In this document: one piece after another, positions 60,501-64,000 of the stretch | Position numbering within the stretch: position 1 is the stretch's first letter | Layout: every line of letters begins with the position of its first letter | Source: Raillietiella orientalis | Taxonomy: Eukaryota | Reading direction: 5' to 3' | DNA: 64,000 bases | NCBI GenBank assembly: GCA_036172245.1 | Contig: JAYWIR010000039.1 | Location: 558,001-622,000 of the forward strand | Translations under genes and position numbers: made by a program | The notes under the pieces: model-generated | Seen by the model: only the letters and a program-made list of their open reading frames with translations | Databases searched by the model: none | Told to the model about the DNA's origin: nothing

Positions 60501-62576
60501 GTTCTATGCCATGGATTTGTACAACAAGATCTCTCTCATCTTCACTTCTTTCCCCTGCCCCCCCCCCCCCCCCCATCCGTCTCCTCTCCGTGAGAGGAAA
60601 CAAGAGGCGGAGGCGGATCGCATGTAGCCCAGATTCAGCCGGAGCATCCGAGATGCATTCGGCCTCAGGGGAGGAAAAAGGTTGAAATTTCGCAACGAAT
60701 AAAAATGTGGTTTCTTCGAAGCCATCAATCAGTCACGGTGTGGCTGCGTCTACGGAGATTCCAGAGCAGTAGGTTGCCGCAGCAACGGGGGTGCATCGGG
60801 GTGACGTATAAGAATTCCGGCACGAGGAGTCGGCCTGCACACCTCGAATTTGCAAGTTTTCGCGGTGCCGTCTGAGCACGCGGAAAGCACTCCCTGCCCA
60901 AAGTTCACCACCAGAATGGCAGTTTCGTTGCTTACCGCTGAAAGCGCGGAAAGTTTGCAAAAATTTGGTTTCCACCATCGCGCTTTTCCGTGAATTTCGA
61001 TCCGCGGGGCAATTTGTTTATAGACAGCATAATTTCGTTTTCCTCCTTTTTTCCTCTTTTTTTGGTCGCGGGGATCATACGAGGCACGGTTCTCTTACTT
61101 CTGATGGTTCAGAGGTTTTCATCTTCTATTTGTCAATGGATGCTCGGACGATAAATTGTCATCGATCAGCTATCCATGATAATCGTTGTCGGTCGCTCGT
61201 CGCTAATAAATGATCCAGCGAACAGTGAAATGTTATGTCTCGATGACTCCATGATCCGCTCTAGGTGCCCCCCCCCCCCTTAAAAAAAAAAGAGAAGTAT
61301 CAAAATGAGGAAACTTCTAAATGGTAAGCCCGCCACGACTTAGAGACGAATTGGGAGCTCGCCTTCTATCGGAAAACAGCAATTTTCCAATCTAAAATCA
61401 AAATTCCGCCGCGTTGCCATGCAGAGATGTGCGCTGCCGTCATCTTACTTTGGGAACCGATGGGGCTTGGGGGGATTTTCACCGTAGGTGCCCAGGTTCT
61501 CGTATAATTGGTGCGCTCATTAGCAGAGCAATCAGCCTTTCTTCTTGTGCCGCACCTGACTAGCGTTTCTGATGCAACAGAGCATGTCGTCTCATGGCGC
61601 CCCTGGAAAATGCCTCGAGCTCTTCAGGCCCTAAACAAGGATACCGCTAGACAGTCCCCCTGCAGCTTAATTCGACCCCCTCTAAGGGTGCTTCTGGACC
61701 CGTAGAGTAGCTTCCATCTTCAATTTACCCGACAGAGTTGCATCCCGAAAATTCACAGCTGCCGGACGAAAACGTGGCCGCGATTCTTAGTTCACCTCGA
61801 TCAGCACTCTTTTGTTCCATTAAAGATCGATATGGTGGTGCACACAAGCGTGAGATATCGGGAGAAACTGATACCACAAAAATTAAAGGGGAACTGAACT
61901 TGGCTGTATTGAACACCCATAACATTCCGTCATGGAAACCTGCAGATAAGAGAACGCTGCGCGAATGCCAAAGATCAGGGGTTTCCGTTTCTCAGGCCCA
62001 GAAGCCAACCCCAATTTGTGGACGCTGTGAGTGTTTAGAATATTAATAAATACATGATACGTAAAAGGAACACGAGATTCACAAATGACGAGAAACTTGA
62101 ATAAAACTGAGAGGCAGTTTTGAAGAGAACGGAGATCTGGAAGAATTCGGTTGAACAACGCAAAGTTGTAAATTTCATTCACTGTGTGGCTGAAAAGGTG
62201 AGGGAGAAAGAGAAAAAGTTACCAGGGCAGGGAAAGGAGATCGGTTTCGGTATCCAACGCAAATCCTTTCATGCATCCGATTCTTTTTCACGGCAGAGAG
62301 CACGGCTACTTGTACTTCCAGTTAATGTCATCTGAAGCTTTCCTTTTGAAGATTCAGCGAGACTTTTTTTTTCGTCTTCGTGGAAGCGCCCTGAGCGATG
62401 AGGCGCACGTGACATCTGTTGGCGAAAATCGAAAACGCGTCATTTCCGAGACCGGAAGCAGAGATGGCTCGACGATGCTTTCTCTCCGTGCAGCATGCGT
62501 GCCCCCCACCAAGTTGGTTCTTGCGATGTTGAGGAGGACGTGACCAAGGTTGACCGGAGTCCTCGCACGGTCAAAA

Positions 62577-64000
62577 ATGTTGCACCCAGACAACCGGAAA
62601 CTTTGCGGCTGCAAAGGCGTCCGCACATGCCTGCTGTGTGAGCAGAATTGTGATGCCAAACCTTTCGACGGTGGCCTCAGTGGAAAACGACAGGTACATT
62701 TACAAGTATCTCTTTGCTTGATGAAGTTGGCAGTGTGCCATCGCTGCTTGTTCGAATTTCCGTAGTGGTTGTTGAATCGGTTATCGAATATCGTTATTAC
62801 TTTCTAAACGTGTATCGCACCATTAAGGCGTGTTTTCGAAGTTTGATGCCCATAAGGACCTTCGTTTAAGGACCGCCCTTACAGAAAGTTGTTAGTGCTG
62901 CTACAGCTTTAACGGGCAGGTAGTATATCATAAGTCACTGAGGGCGCGGAAAGTTTAAGATATGCCCCCTTATCCAGTCGCACTCTCAAAGCTTTGCAAA
63001 TGTAAAACTTTGAGTGCAAGAGCTTCATCTTTCAAATAACAAGCATTTCTGAAGAATTCCGTGATGTACTTACAGTGATTATGGAATTGTGTTTTACAGA
63101 ATTCAAACTGTTTTTTCTACTGTGATATCTGTGAGAAGGCATGGCCAGGATGGGATGATCATGTAATTTCACAACACCCAAATCATGTGGGTCAGTGCAT
63201 TCATGTACCAGGAATTAAACTATACGTATGTATTTTTGTTTGTATTCATTTGATTGAATTTAGATGCTTTTAGTGTATGAGATTGCTTTTTGCATCATCC
63301 TTGTCTCAGCCGAATTCATCAAAAACAGATAAAGATTACACTTCATTTGCAGTTTTTTAATGAATTCATTAAATTTATTTGGTCCTGGTGAATTATGAAA
63401 TAATAATGTGGTGTGTTATTTATAGAAAGACTTCATAAGTGCAGCAGAAGAAGATTTGCTAATTGAGAAAATTGATTCTTGGGAATGGCAGTTATCACAG
63501 AGTGGGAGGAGAAAACAAGTAAAGTACATGTGTACATTTTTTTCTTAAAAAGCTCATCACACATTACTCAGAACTTTGGTCCCAAGTGCAATTTCAAAAA
63601 GCAGAAGATCAAGCCTGATGGGTTTTTTGGCTTTCCGATTTTTACAAAATTTATTCTTGAAAGAATGAACACCATTTCTGTATTAAAAGATTACCAGGCT
63701 ATTGAGCAGTGTGCTCTGGAATATGTTCCTGAAAGAGGTTCACATATAGAGCCTCATGTCGATGACTGTTGGGTGTGGGGAGAACGAATTGCCACACTCA
63801 GTATGCTATCTTCGTGTATGTTGAGTTTAACACCTCTTCCAACTGGATGCATTAAGTACAATCTTGGTGAATTAAAACATCAGACAAATTTAAGTATTCA
63901 GCAGGAATCAGTTGCACATACATTGAAGGATATCCTCATCCGAATTCCTATGCCAAGGCTCTCTTTGCTTTGTTTATATGGTAATGCAAGGTATTTGTGG
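62577..64000 (+). CDS. ALKBH4: AlkB homolog 4 (Fe/2OG dioxygenase), 3'-incomplete
   Basis: Exons 62577-62693, 63100-63225, 63426-63518, 63572->64000, all GT-AG phase 0; CGCKGVRTCLLCE, SQSGRRKQNFGPK, EQCALEY.PERGSHIEPHVDDCWVWGER (HxD), MPRLSLLCLYGNARY. Confidence 0.96.

Noticed and set aside
1..64000. CRISPR array, tRNA genes, telomeric repeat arrays
   Set aside because: No regularly spaced direct repeats, cloverleaf/A-B box pairs or TTAGG(C/G) arrays were seen; the context is eukaryotic.

Overview
Eukaryotic (invertebrate, possibly nematode-like, judging by short introns and a TTTCAG acceptor) genomic DNA. About the first 62 kb is a GC-rich transposon graveyard dominated by one L1/Tx1-like non-LTR retrotransposon family, with at least 15 fragments on both strands. 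One near-full-length minus-strand copy (42653-50860) carries three nested insertions of the same family, each with a target-site duplication. It sits in a head-to-tail triplet with near-identical 45-bp junctions, and eight element 3' ends share an AATAA(A/G) signal (degenerate in one) plus a GC-rich hairpin. Also present are three BEL/Pao LTR remnants, a CR1-like remnant, a pogo/Tigger-like MITE and a deleted, decayed orphan rDNA copy (clear 28S segment, faint 18S and 3' 28S). Host genes: an HSE+TATA-driven spliced gene (coiled coil, Asp-rich tract) lying just upstream of an alpha-crystallin/HSP20 exon set, a Cys-rich small heat-shock protein on the minus strand, and ALKBH4, which runs off the right edge in abruptly AT-rich DNA. 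All calls come from reading the sequence by eye; boundaries of degenerate remnants are approximate, and most ORFs in the supplied track are judged spurious.
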